This document shows positions 17,874 to 27,105 of a DNA stretch of 64,000 nucleotides, one piece after another. This stretch comes from a phage, in sequence record PZ445440.1; one strand, given 5' to 3'. The notes below the pieces were generated by a model. It was not told the DNA's origin. It worked only from the letters and a program-made list of their open reading frames with translations, and did no database searches. Positions within the stretch are counted from its first letter, which is position 1; every line of letters begins with the position of its first letter. Both the position numbers and the translations under genes were made by a program.

Positions 17874-18455
17874 CTAAAAATTCAACATTTTCAAATGAAT
17901 GATTTTGTATAATCGAGATAAAGGGTCATATTCTAAGTCTTCAATTTCCACAATCTCAAATCTAGAGATACCTGAGACCATGTACTCTTGTTCAGATTCA
18001 ATCATATCTAGGACGTCAACACGCGTTTCTTCCATAACATGCTTAGGGTTCTTTCCGGCGAGTACAATGTTAACCATGTTTTGGTAGTAATCAAAAATGA
18101 ATGGAGCATTCCTGAGACTAAGAATAGTGTACGTCTGATATTCCCATCTCCCAGAGAATTGACGAGCTGTACTGAAATCAGTTGTGAACGATGTTACTCG
18201 TCCAGGAGACCAATGGCATCCAACAGAAAGAAGGGAAAGACGTTCTACTTCTTCTGGAGTTACACCACGGTAGAGTTCTACTGGTACTGTAGAAGTCATA
18301 TGCTTACGAACAAGATGGTCTAATTCATAGTGGAAATCCGGGTCTTCCTTAGAATCGGTGCAAGCCCAGAGAATGTTTTGTTCTTGGCGGGTGAATTTGC
18401 TATCAATCAGATTTGTTAGGTATTCGCGTTCTTGAAGTTCAGATTGACATGTCAT
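17874..18455 (-). CDS. modB: ADP-ribosyltransferase ModB-like
   Basis: 193 aa; paralog of the preceding gene (ILWACT...TSTVPVELYRG). Confidence 0.7.
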   Translation of the reverse strand: MTCQSELQEREYLTNLIDSKFTRQEQNILWACTDSKEDPDFHYELDHLVRKHMTSTVPVELYRGVTPEEVERLSLLSVGCHWSPGRVTSFTTDFSTARQFSGRWEYQTYTILSLRNAPFIFDYYQNMVNIVLAGKNPKHVMEETRVDVLDMIESEQEYMVSGISRFEIVEIEDLEYDPLSRLYKIIHLKMLNF

Positions 18456-18531
18456 GATAGACCTCCATTTAAAGATAAGTCTATCATAACACGAGAGGAG
18501 GGAATGTAAACTACTTTTTAAGCTTTCCTAC

Positions 18532-18675
18532 TAAAGGCCCATCAGGACTAGGTTGTTCTAACATGAATAAGGATGCTTTAAAAAGCAATGTCAACCCTTT
18601 CACCATTCGATACCATGTCTCAAAGTCTTTTTCCTTGATTTCTAGTAAGAATTTCTCTTTAAATTTCTCTTTCAT
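18532..18675 (-). CDS. small Lys/Glu-rich ORF (47 aa), doubtful
   Basis: Hand translation MKEKFKEKFLLEIKEKDFETWYRMVKG...; ATGA overlap with upstream stop. Confidence 0.3.
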
Positions 18676-18860
18676 TTCCAAGGACTCCATGGTGGAGGGT
18701 CGTCATAATAAGATGCAAGGTCTTTCAGGGCTTCAACAGGTAAACTAAAGCCGTGTCGTTGTATAATACTATCTAGTTCATCAACAAGTTCACTACGATG
18801 CACTTTAGGAGCCTCAACTTCAGGCTCGTCAAACATACTCATAAGGTCCATATTATTCAC
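18672..18860 (-). CDS. hypothetical protein (62 aa)
   Basis: ORF in gene array. Confidence 0.5.
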   Translation of the reverse strand: MNNMDLMSMFDEPEVEAPKVHRSELVDELDSIIQRHGFSLPVEALKDLASYYDDPPPWSPWK

Positions 18861-18913
18861 CTAAATAAAAACTAGGCTGCTCGGAGAATGTTTCTAGCGC
18901 TACACCTTTTGTC

Positions 18914-19318
18914 TTAAAAAATTTCCAAATAGCTCGTTGCAAATGGACTAAATCTGCTAATGATGTAATAAAGTATTTTTTTGGCAAAATACTTATGGTC
19001 TCGCTTTTCAAACAAGTCTAAACGCTTTTCAGGATTCACATAAACTGCATTTTCCGTAGATTCATAACCTAAGTCCTTTATGCCTTCTTCAAGACTAAAT
19101 GGAGAATTTTTAGAACGAGTAATAGCTCCAACTCGCTCTACACGAATTTTGTAACCTTTAGGAATCTGCAATTTGTAGAATTCTTCTACGATATATTGCG
19201 GATTATTTAGACTTTTGTTAATTAGAATAGCTATTTCTAGTGGAGTCTTATCTTCCACTGGTATATGTTTAAACGATTTGGCTTCAAGCAAATACATTTT
19301 AAATAGCATAGCATCCAT
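18914..19318 (-). CDS. hypothetical protein (134 aa)
   Basis: ORF in gene array. Confidence 0.55.
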   Translation of the reverse strand: MDAMLFKMYLLEAKSFKHIPVEDKTPLEIAILINKSLNNPQYIVEEFYKLQIPKGYKIRVERVGAITRSKNSPFSLEEGIKDLGYESTENAVYVNPEKRLDLFEKRDHKYFAKKILYYIISRFSPFATSYLEIF

Positions 19319-19493
19319 TATAATTTCCTCGATGGTTCACCCATATAAAGTTTTACAATACGTTCGCCTTCATCTTCGACGAGCTTCTCTTCATGTTTCT
19401 GGAATTCTTTAGCCATATTCTCTTCAAGAACATCTAACCAATCTTCTGGTTCGACTCCATCATTCCAGCTTTTAAACCATTTTACTATTCTGT

Positions 19494-19694
19494 TCATTCA
19501 CAGCTCCCTGAGCTTGAACCACAATCAGAATAACTTGACCCAGAATCACCAGGCCAAGACGATACGTATGAATGATTATAACTTGAAGAGTTTGAAGCAT
19601 TAACATGTTTTGTTTTTGGACGAACAACTTCTTCCATCATGCCGTCACCAATGTATTCCCAAGCCTTTTCATGTGTATCTGGAATCGGCATCAT
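19494..19694 (-). CDS. hypothetical protein with Ser/Gly/Cys-rich C-terminal tail (66 aa from internal ATG)
   Basis: Track ORF overlaps upstream gene; start moved to MMPIPDTHEK with AGG SD; tail SWPGDSGSSYSDCGSSSGSCE. Confidence 0.4.
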   Translation of the reverse strand: MMPIPDTHEKAWEYIGDGMMEEVVRPKTKHVNASNSSSYNHSYVSSWPGDSGSSYSDCGSSSGSCE

Positions 19695-19707
19695 ACCTTC
19701 GCCTGGT

Positions 19708-19935
19708 TTAACAGCAAACAACTTCTTCAGTATCGTAAGCATTAATTGTTCCTCGAACAAAACGAACACTACCGTCGTCCCAGCGGATTTCGGCATTAAA
19801 TTTGACGTCTTCACCATCCATCATGAATGAGTGTACGACTACATCATCATAATATCCAAGACCGTATTTCAACGAAACTTCTTGAGCAATCAAAGCACCT
19901 AATGTGTTATTAGGTTTAATCCAACGATTTAACAT
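19708..19935 (-). CDS. hypothetical protein (75 aa from internal ATG with GAGGAG SD)
   Basis: Strong SD caagaggagaacaatATG at 19935. Confidence 0.55.
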   Translation of the reverse strand: MLNRWIKPNNTLGALIAQEVSLKYGLGYYDDVVVHSFMMDGEDVKFNAEIRWDDGSVRFVRGTINAYDTEEVVCC

Positions 19936-20002
19936 ATTGTTCTCCTCTTGAGTAAGTAAGAATATCTTAACATAGTTTTTAGTGGTTGTAAACTGTAGAA
20001 AC

Positions 20003-20031
20003 AAAAAAAAAAAGGAATCCCGAAGGATTCC
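20003..20031 (-). terminator. intrinsic terminator after soc (GGAAUCC-UUCG-GGAUUCC + U11)
   Basis: Plus a11-ggaatcc-cgaa-ggattcc; 9 nt after the soc stop codon. Confidence 0.8.
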
Positions 20032-20040
20032 TTAAATTAT

Positions 20041-20277
20041 TTAACCACTTACTGGTGTAGGGGTAAACATTGCAGCGTTCTTAGTTTTCCAGTCAGCTGC
20101 ATCAGAAACTACAGTAGAATAAGCTGCCTTTTCTGATGGAAAGATTTGGTAATGAGCATCAGCAATCCGATGTTCGTTTGAATAAATCTCAAACGGTACG
20201 GAAACTTCCATACCTTTAACTTCTTTACCTTCACCCGCAGGATGCGTAAAGGTTTTGATGTTTACATAACCACCCAT
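20041..20277 (-). CDS. soc: Soc small outer capsid protein
   Basis: 78 aa; GYVNIKTF...HYQIFPSEKAAYSTV matches T4 Soc motifs from memory. Confidence 0.9.
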   Translation of the reverse strand: MGGYVNIKTFTHPAGEGKEVKGMEVSVPFEIYSNEHRIADAHYQIFPSEKAAYSTVVSDAADWKTKNAAMFTPTPVSG

Positions 20278-20308
20278 AATTAACTCCTTTGTTGTTTAAT
20301 TACAGGTG

Positions 20309-20316
20309 TATTTATA
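20309..20316 (-). promoter_or_regulatory. T4 late promoter TATAAATA (gp55-dependent) for soc
   Basis: Plus tatttata is an exact TATAAATA on the minus strand, ~35 nt upstream of the soc ATG. Confidence 0.65.
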
Positions 20317-20322
20317 ACTTAA

Positions 20323-20844
20323 TTAGTAACCATTATCCTGACGTTCAAAGTTGTGTTGGTTTTTCAGATAATACAGTTTGAAGATTTCTTCAGCAGAAAG
20401 TCCTAGACCTTGGAACATATTCAGAACAAAGTGGAGGATATCAATCATCTCGAATTTAATTTCAAGCTGGTCTTCAGGAGACAGTTCATCGATACGACGA
20501 TTTCGATATTCAGCATGTTGTGCTTTCCAAGGCTTCCATACAGAGCTAGCGGCTTTTTCACCATTGCTCATACCGCCGAGTGAAGTCAGCAGTTCACGGA
20601 ATTCATCATCAATATAATCTTTCTGATTACGCAGCCAATCAACAACATCACCAGCAGTAGCCAATTCATCAGGATGTTTGTTATGTTCAGGCTTGTCATT
20701 TGCCAGACGAACCTGTAAAGATTTCTGCATATCAAGCATTACCTGCAGTGGGTCTTTATCTTCGTGAATCAGAGCATTAAAATAAGCTTCTTCTGCTTTA
20801 TCAACACCAGAAATAAGTTGTGAACATTCGTTAAAGTGTGCCAT
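20323..20844 (-). CDS. 56: dCTP pyrophosphatase gp56 (MazG-like)
   Basis: 173 aa from MAHFNE... with AAGGA SD (T4 gp56 about 171 aa as I recall); synteny between soc and gene 61. Confidence 0.75.
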   Translation of the reverse strand: MAHFNECSQLISGVDKAEEAYFNALIHEDKDPLQVMLDMQKSLQVRLANDKPEHNKHPDELATAGDVVDWLRNQKDYIDDEFRELLTSLGGMSNGEKAASSVWKPWKAQHAEYRNRRIDELSPEDQLEIKFEMIDILHFVLNMFQGLGLSAEEIFKLYYLKNQHNFERQDNGY

Positions 20845-20933
20845 TATTTTTCCTTTCAATTCAGTATAAGAGAGTTTAATTCTAACATTAATTTTATAAA
20901 GCGTAATAAATAATAGGTAACTAAGGAGATATT

Positions 20934-21131
20934 ATGTTTAAACTTCCATCGTTAATCAACGCTATTAAAGGCAATAAAAAGAAAACTGCTATCGCTGCAA
21001 TAGTTGTAGGTGGCATTATTTCATGGAACTTCGGGATTGCACCATTGTTAGTTGCCCATGGTATTATAGTTCCTTCTGTTCCGTTGGATACTGTGGTTGA
21101 TTTGGCCTTTGCTATTATAGGGCTTGTTTAA
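20934..21131 (+). CDS. small membrane protein (65 aa) on the plus strand
   Basis: Fits exactly the gap between gene 56 start and gene 61 stop; strong SD AAGGAG 6 nt upstream of ATG; hydrophobic (IAAIVVGGIISW...AFAIIGLV). Confidence 0.6.
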   Translation: MFKLPSLINAIKGNKKKTAIAAIVVGGIISWNFGIAPLLVAHGIIVPSVPLDTVVDLAFAIIGLV

Positions 21132-22150
21132 ATCTTCGAATAACGAGATAATCTCATTTTAGCATGCAACCCACTTGAAATATTCTGTTTCATATATTCT
21201 AAAATTTCTTGTGGTGTTGCATTTTCTTTCATTACCATATCATTCACATCCTTTGAACTCCATGGAGCTCTATCCCAGAACATAACACGTTCGCCTGCAT
21301 CTACTAATCGCTTCATACGAGCTATAGTATCCGGATGCCTAGGTTCATTATCCATCACCCATACCCGACGTTCTTTAAATGGTACCACATCTAAATCTAT
21401 TGAGCCGCCTGTAATAGCGATTGCATTGGGTATGAATAAACTATCAATAGGGCCTTCCATTACCCAGACGTCTCCTTCCTTAACACGTTCAACACCGTAA
21501 ATTTTTGTTGCCGACTCAAACGCTTTAATAGTGATATATTTCTGAGGAGCATCTTTACGAAGTGCACGTCCTTGGAATGACTCGGCCTTACCATCTTTAT
21601 TAAAAATAGGAATCACTAAACGTGGTTCGGGAATCTCTTTCTTATACGTACCAGGTTGAATCTTGTTGACCAATTTAGGCCATTCTAATGTGAACCATAG
21701 TCTATTCCATGATTCTTTAGGAATGCATCTAGACTTAACATATTTCACAATAGGATGCTCTTCAGGCAGCTTGTCCAGACGAGAACAAGACGGCAAAGAA
21801 TTTATAGTCTTTTTCTCCGGTTCTGGTTTGTGTTCAGGAACCTTTTCAATCTTTGGTTCCATTCTAGCTTTTTCTTTACGAACTTCCATTAGATACTCGC
21901 GATAAAGCTCTTCATCATACTCTTTTAAGTATCCGGAAATTGTATTATGGTATTGACAGTTATAGCAATGTACATTACCAGGAGTACCGCCATAATACCA
22001 TCCGCGAGCTTTCATTGCATCTGTCTGGGAGTCGCCACAAACCGGACATCGAAATGTTAATTTAAATGTGCTTGAATTATTGATTTGTCTAAAACGAGGT
22101 AGGTGAGAAAACGCACGATAAGCAAATTCATTATCTATCCATTCAGCCAT
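21128..22150 (-). CDS. 61: DNA primase gp61
   Basis: 340 aa (T4 gp61 342 aa as I recall); N-terminal zinc ribbon CPVCGDS...CYNC; synteny. Confidence 0.9.
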   Translation of the reverse strand: MAEWIDNEFAYRAFSHLPRFRQINNSSTFKLTFRCPVCGDSQTDAMKARGWYYGGTPGNVHCYNCQYHNTISGYLKEYDEELYREYLMEVRKEKARMEPKIEKVPEHKPEPEKKTINSLPSCSRLDKLPEEHPIVKYVKSRCIPKESWNRLWFTLEWPKLVNKIQPGTYKKEIPEPRLVIPIFNKDGKAESFQGRALRKDAPQKYITIKAFESATKIYGVERVKEGDVWVMEGPIDSLFIPNAIAITGGSIDLDVVPFKERRVWVMDNEPRHPDTIARMKRLVDAGERVMFWDRAPWSSKDVNDMVMKENATPQEILEYMKQNISSGLHAKMRLSRYSKI

Positions 22151-22189
22151 AGTATTCTCCAGAGGCCTTAAATTAATAAGGCCATCTTA

Positions 22190-22684
22190 TCACAACTTAT
22201 TAATATTTACTTTAATTCGCTTTCTTTTCTTGGAAGGAATTTGTTCGGGACCTTTATTTACAATTGCACCTGTAGTAGTTCCTGATGCAATAGCTTGAGG
22301 ATTGCCGTCTGAATCACCAGCAACCATATCCTCAAATAAAGGGAGTTCTTTAAATATTTCTTTCTGTTGTTCTTCAGTAATGTTATAGCGTGAAGCTACA
22401 GCACTCCAAGCAGACATCATTGATGCCATTCCATTAAGACCTGGAACAGTGTTCATCATTCGCTTCATTGAACGAACTGAAGCATGAAAAGGTGTATACG
22501 CCGCTTTCTCTTCAGGAGTGGAAGGACGTTTAAGAACACTTCCACGTTCATCGATGATTTTGGCTTCATATGCTTTCCATTCGGTAAAAGGTTTTTGCAT
22601 TAGTCGAATAAACTTATATGCGTAAACAGAATCTATTGCAGTGTTAATAATACCCATAGGTACCTCCTGAGTATATTTAATCAA
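22190..22684 (-). CDS. hypothetical protein (164 aa)
   Basis: ORF in gene array. Confidence 0.6.
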   Translation of the reverse strand: MIKYTQEVPMGIINTAIDSVYAYKFIRLMQKPFTEWKAYEAKIIDERGSVLKRPSTPEEKAAYTPFHASVRSMKRMMNTVPGLNGMASMMSAWSAVASRYNITEEQQKEIFKELPLFEDMVAGDSDGNPQAIASGTTTGAIVNKGPEQIPSKKRKRIKVNINKL

Positions 22685-22874
22685 TTACAAAGATTGCTTT
22701 GTCACCGTTTATATCTGTGACTTCATATGTAGTACCTTCATACTGTGGAATATTCCAAATTACACCGTCATTAGCTTTTACGCTAATATGGCATTGGTGT
22801 TTTGAAACAACTTCATAATCTTCAAAACTTGTAAAAACACTAATTTTAGAACCAGTGCAAATTGCAGTAGTCAT
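22677..22874 (-). CDS. hypothetical protein (65 aa)
   Basis: ORF in gene array. Confidence 0.55.
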   Translation of the reverse strand: MTTAICTGSKISVFTSFEDYEVVSKHQCHISVKANDGVIWNIPQYEGTTYEVTDINGDKAIFVID

Positions 22875-22875
22875 T

Positions 22876-23535
22876 TTAACCTCGATTCATAAATGCATTA
22901 AATATTTGGTCATCAACAGAAATTTCTAATTCGACTTCAATTGCTTCGGCCTTTTCTTCAGGTGGTAATTCGTATCCACACACTACAATTTTTTCATCGA
23001 TATCAAAATATACAGAAGCAATACGATTAATGTTATTTTCAGTTAAGTCCAAATCAACATCAACATCTTTTTGGCCTACACTTAGAGGATAACTAATACG
23101 GGTTATTTTATTATCTTTAACAAAGAGTCCACCAACATACTCTGTACTGCGTTTGAAGTTTACACGTTTCCGAATTGAAAGATATGATACATCTTTACCG
23201 TGAGCTCGGCTCATAGGACATAATGAATAGCTAGAATAAGAGATGTCAAATCCCACACCTTCAATATGAGCCAACGTGTCATGATTAAACCAATTATAAT
23301 CATATGCCAAATCCATTATATTGTAATATGTGAAAGGCACAGGATTAACATCATATGTTGTACCTTTAAAATCTGCCCAGGCAACGATTTCGTTATCTTT
23401 AACAATTACAAAAATTACACCGAGATGGTATCCGTTATTATTTTCATTCGGCGTTATATTATAACATTGTGCATTAGGAAATTTACCATATTTAAATGGT
23501 GCATTTTTGTGCATATAATAAATCATATTATTCAC
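22876..23535 (-). CDS. hypothetical protein (219 aa)
   Basis: ORF in gene array. Confidence 0.6.
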   Translation of the reverse strand: MNNMIYYMHKNAPFKYGKFPNAQCYNITPNENNNGYHLGVIFVIVKDNEIVAWADFKGTTYDVNPVPFTYYNIMDLAYDYNWFNHDTLAHIEGVGFDISYSSYSLCPMSRAHGKDVSYLSIRKRVNFKRSTEYVGGLFVKDNKITRISYPLSVGQKDVDVDLDLTENNINRIASVYFDIDEKIVVCGYELPPEEKAEAIEVELEISVDDQIFNAFMNRG

Positions 23536-23821
23536 CTGTGATTTCGGTTACGATATCTTTGTTATCGAAATTAGGGTCACAATACAAAACATAGTTGTAT
23601 TGCATGATACCACCAGACTTAAGTTGTTCAACAACTTTATTAACCATATTAGGACGGTCTCGTTTAGTGATGTTCATGATATCAGAGAAGATTTGTTGTT
23701 CAACATCTTCTTGATTTGCAGTCATTGACCACTCACAGAGGTCTTTATCATAACCTGCCGTAACTGGAGCCGGTGCACATGATACTGCAAGTAAGATTGC
23801 TGCCAATGATAACTTTTTCAT
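23528..23821 (-). CDS. sp: Spackle-like periplasmic protein (signal peptide)
   Basis: 97 aa, same length as T4 Sp as I recall; N-terminal signal peptide MKKLSLAAILLAVSCAPAPVTAG; AAGGAG SD. Confidence 0.65.
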   Translation of the reverse strand: MKKLSLAAILLAVSCAPAPVTAGYDKDLCEWSMTANQEDVEQQIFSDIMNITKRDRPNMVNKVVEQLKSGGIMQYNYVLYCDPNFDNKDIVTEITGE

Positions 23822-23850
23822 TTTAACTCCTTAGTTGATTTGATAGGACT

Positions 23851-23880
23851 ACTATACTATAGTCCATCTATAATGTAAAC
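23851..23880 (-). promoter_or_regulatory. T4-type early promoter; -10 within inverted repeat GGACTA/TAGTCC
   Basis: Minus GTTTAC (23880-23875), 18-bp spacer, TATAGT. Confidence 0.5.
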
Positions 23881-23884
23881 AAAT

Positions 23885-24133
23885 TTATTCTTTTTCGCGA
23901 ATAATAATTACTTGTTGAGGCTGCTGAGCCGATTTCTTTTCGGCAACGATAGACCAAATTAAAGTTCCAATCCAACCAACCATCGTCCAGTTAAAGAGTA
24001 AAGATACAAAGAAGATTGCTGTTGTGCTTTTTGTGCCACGAATAAGTGCGATTACCCAAGGCAACATGTAAATGATGATTGAACCAATACCTGCGATTAA
24101 AACTGCTACTGAACTAGCTACGAATAATTCCAT
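23885..24133 (-). CDS. small integral membrane protein (82 aa, two TM helices)
   Basis: Hydrophobic segments VAVLIAGIGSIIIYMLPWVIALI and IFFVSLLFNWTMVGWIGTLIWSIV. Confidence 0.65.
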   Translation of the reverse strand: MELFVASSVAVLIAGIGSIIIYMLPWVIALIRGTKSTTAIFFVSLLFNWTMVGWIGTLIWSIVAEKKSAQQPQQVIIIREKE

Positions 24134-24194
24134 GTTAATTTCCTCTTGATTTGTTATGTTTATAGTATCTTATTTTAACTTTGGTGTAAACCAA

Positions 24195-24563
24195 TTAATT
24201 AAATTTGTTTAAACGTTCAATACACTGCACGTAGTTATTCGCGATTTGTTTCTGGGTAGGCTCTTTACCAGTTGTTTCAACATAGCGAATGAATGCGATT
24301 TCAGTAGCCTGTAAGCAATGTTCTTTAACGCGCTGTTCTTTTGACATAGCTACAGTATCAGAATCACGATATCGTTGAGCATGAGCATCAGCTTGAATCA
24401 TTCGATTACCTACAGTAACCGGGTCTTCCACTTCAACTTTAGGTTGGTCATACTGTTTAACATTAGGATTGTAAATCAATTGGCCAACGTTATTAGGGAT
24501 AAAGCCATGGGCACCACATCCGGTTAATCCAAATACCATTGCTAAAGCGATTAATTTTTTCAT
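24195..24563 (-). CDS. putative lipoprotein (122 aa)
   Basis: Signal peptide with lipobox MKKLIALAMVFGLTGC. Confidence 0.65.
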   Translation of the reverse strand: MKKLIALAMVFGLTGCGAHGFIPNNVGQLIYNPNVKQYDQPKVEVEDPVTVGNRMIQADAHAQRYRDSDTVAMSKEQRVKEHCLQATEIAFIRYVETTGKEPTQKQIANNYVQCIERLNKFN

Positions 24564-24632
24564 TTCAATTTCCTCTGTAGTTGATATAAAGATAGTAACA
24601 CAGTATGTAGTGCTTGTAAACAGTTTTTAAAA

Positions 24633-24821
24633 TTATCGAAAATCTGCTTCGAAAACTTTCTCGTCATTAACAAATGCTTTAACTAATGCGTTGTTCACTT
24701 CAGCAAGTTGTACCGCAACCCACTCGATTTCTTCGCGATCTCCTGATAACATGATATCTTTAGTGAACATCTCACCGCTTTTAAACCAACCGATAAAAGT
24801 AACTTTAGTTAATTTGCTCAT
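24633..24821 (-). CDS. hypothetical protein (62 aa)
   Basis: ORF in gene array. Confidence 0.55.
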   Translation of the reverse strand: MSKLTKVTFIGWFKSGEMFTKDIMLSGDREEIEWVAVQLAEVNNALVKAFVNDEKVFEADFR

Positions 24822-25135
24822 ATTTCCTCACAGAACGCCCATTCAGCATGATAAACTGTAGCGCCTTTAGTAACATTCATTTGAACTACATCTACCGGAG
24901 AAATTACTCGATAGAGACGTGGTTCACCTCCATAAGAGCGTGCCGCTCGTCCTGCATAAATCTTTGCTAAACCTATATCTTCAGTAAAGAATACACGATC
25001 CAAGTTTTTCTTACGTCCTGTTTCAGACAGAACTCCTGTTTCTTCAGGAGGACAAAGCATGTTTTCGATGTTAGCTGAACTACTTGAACCGTGATAAAAA
25101 ATCTTAAATTCTGCTTTACAATCGATGGTTTTCAT
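24818..25135 (-). CDS. hypothetical protein (105 aa)
   Basis: ORF with upstream promoter. Confidence 0.6.
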   Translation of the reverse strand: MKTIDCKAEFKIFYHGSSSSANIENMLCPPEETGVLSETGRKKNLDRVFFTEDIGLAKIYAGRAARSYGGEPRLYRVISPVDVVQMNVTKGATVYHAEWAFCEEI

Positions 25136-25161
25136 TTTGTTCTCCAGTAGTTGATAGGTCT

Positions 25162-25190
25162 ATAATAACACAACTACTGGAGAAGTAAAC
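25162..25190 (-). promoter_or_regulatory. T4-type early promoter (GTTTAC-N17-TATTAT)
   Basis: Plus ttgataggtctataataacacaactactggagaagtaaac. Confidence 0.5.
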
Positions 25191-25565
25191 TTAAAAATGT
25201 AATTTAGATACATCTGCGTTGATTTCGGTTTGGTTTGCGTCATATGCAATTAAACGAACCGCTTTAGATGGGTCATTCAATGCATAGAAATGATGGAACA
25301 TTGCTCGAACGATATCACCATTTACGAGTTCTACCTGGATAGGAGAACCTTTTTCGAGTTGGAAATGTTCATAAGCTTTGATGGTTCGTAGATAATCAAG
25401 TTTTTGATTTCCAGCTCCAACGATTTGTACGATACGTTTGCCCATGTTTTCCATACGAGATACAATAGTTTTAGGAGCAAGAATAACGTAGGTTGCCAGC
25501 GGAGAAACTACTTCAACAGTTGTGTTTTCGGTGATTGCAGTAAAAATTGCTTGAGACATATTCAT
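25191..25565 (-). CDS. hypothetical protein (124 aa)
   Basis: ORF in gene array. Confidence 0.6.
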   Translation of the reverse strand: MNMSQAIFTAITENTTVEVVSPLATYVILAPKTIVSRMENMGKRIVQIVGAGNQKLDYLRTIKAYEHFQLEKGSPIQVELVNGDIVRAMFHHFYALNDPSKAVRLIAYDANQTEINADVSKLHF

Positions 25566-25620
25566 AATGTTTTCCTCTTGGTTGGTGTAAGTACATCATA
25601 TCATGCCTAGAGGAAGATGT

Positions 25621-25650
25621 AAACCCCGAAAGGAGACCGAAGTCTCCTTT
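25621..25650 (-). terminator. hairpin terminator after gene 41 (GGAGAC-UUCG-GUCUCC)
   Basis: Plus ggagac-cgaa-gtctcc flanked by T/A-rich runs on both sides (possibly bidirectional). Confidence 0.5.
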
Positions 25651-25653
25651 TTA

Positions 25654-27096
25654 TTAAAATTTTAACTCATTGGCTAAGCTATCTAGGTCAGCACGTGTTG
25701 CTTTGGCTTTACCTACGCGTTCCGTACGATTCACCTCTGCCTGACGCATCTGAGCACCTGCGTTTTCATTTACTGTGTTAGGTGTGTTCATGCCTTCTTG
25801 CTCAATCTCAATCCATTTCTGGTTGCCTTTACGTACACCCATCAGGAATTTATTCCACTTATTCTTATCACCATATCGTGATTTGATTTGTTTGATAAGT
25901 TGTTGTTCAGCTTGTGCAAGTTCTTCGGTTTCAATTACAGCCAACATGAAATCTGCCGTTGCTGGTAAACCTGCTGATTCTGCGATATCACTCATGTTCA
26001 TGTCTGAAGCATCCCATGCTGCACGTCCTACTTGAGCTGCAGTCCATAGAACTGTTTCAGATTCTACTGCTAATGCACGAAGTTCTTCTGCGATAGCTTT
26101 AACTAATGTGTAGCTATTTTCAGTGTAAACTCTGATACGACAAGACCCGCAAATACCTAAGTAATCAACCATGATTACAGATGGCACAAAGTTCTTCTTA
26201 AGTTTTAACTCATTAAGCAATGCACGAAATGTATTAGCATTAGCTCCACCAGTAGGATACTGTTTAACTACTAAACGTCCTAATGTGGATTTTGAACGCC
26301 ATTTTTCCATCTTGGCTTTATATTCAGCATAAGATACGTTACCATCATCAATATCATCAAGTGATACGTCAAGCATGTTTGCATCTATACGCTTAGCACA
26401 AACTTCTTCAGCCATTTCCATGGAAATATAAAGAACATTATGACCTGTTTGAAGATAATCTGCAGCAAGTGAACAAAGGCCTAAAGATTTACCAACGTTA
26501 ACACCTGCCATTAAAACATTCAGTGTACCGGTTTCAGCACCACCTTTAGTGATTTTATTCAGAATGTTTAATTTGAACGGGACCTTACGTGCTTTGTTCA
26601 GATAAGAAAGCCAGCGTGCTTCATAGTCTTCCATCCAGTCATGCCCAACATAACTATCAAACGAAATTGAAAGTGCTTGACGCATAATATCAGGAATAGC
26701 TCCTACGTCAGGCATTTTCTTGTTACGTTGTTCTGGAGGTAGTTCAGCATTAGACTGAATCTCAATGATTTTGGATGTAGCATTATACATCGCTTTTTGC
26801 TGGACATATTTCTCAGTTTCTTTAACCAACCATTCGTGGTCTTCAGGAGTATCAGCCAATTTTTCAATTAGGTCTGAAGTTCCTTTATATTCGGCTTCAG
26901 TTAAAGAACTGTTATCTAAAGCCACCTTTAATGCATTGATAGATGGCATTGCATTATATTCGTTAACGTGGCTCTTTATAATTTTAAAGACATTTTTTGC
27001 CGGTCCACGCTCAAAATACTCAGAATCCATATAAGGCCAGACCTTAGAAAAATAAGCCTGGTCGTATACTAGATGAGACAAAATAATTTCTACCAC
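25654..27096 (-). CDS. 41: replicative DNA helicase gp41 (DnaB family)
   Basis: 480 aa (T4 gp41 475 aa as I recall); Walker A GVNVGKS, DnaB-like motifs; synteny. Confidence 0.9.
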   Translation of the reverse strand: MVEIILSHLVYDQAYFSKVWPYMDSEYFERGPAKNVFKIIKSHVNEYNAMPSINALKVALDNSSLTEAEYKGTSDLIEKLADTPEDHEWLVKETEKYVQQKAMYNATSKIIEIQSNAELPPEQRNKKMPDVGAIPDIMRQALSISFDSYVGHDWMEDYEARWLSYLNKARKVPFKLNILNKITKGGAETGTLNVLMAGVNVGKSLGLCSLAADYLQTGHNVLYISMEMAEEVCAKRIDANMLDVSLDDIDDGNVSYAEYKAKMEKWRSKSTLGRLVVKQYPTGGANANTFRALLNELKLKKNFVPSVIMVDYLGICGSCRIRVYTENSYTLVKAIAEELRALAVESETVLWTAAQVGRAAWDASDMNMSDIAESAGLPATADFMLAVIETEELAQAEQQLIKQIKSRYGDKNKWNKFLMGVRKGNQKWIEIEQEGMNTPNTVNENAGAQMRQAEVNRTERVGKAKATRADLDSLANELKF

Positions 27097-27105
27097 GATA
27101 ACTCC

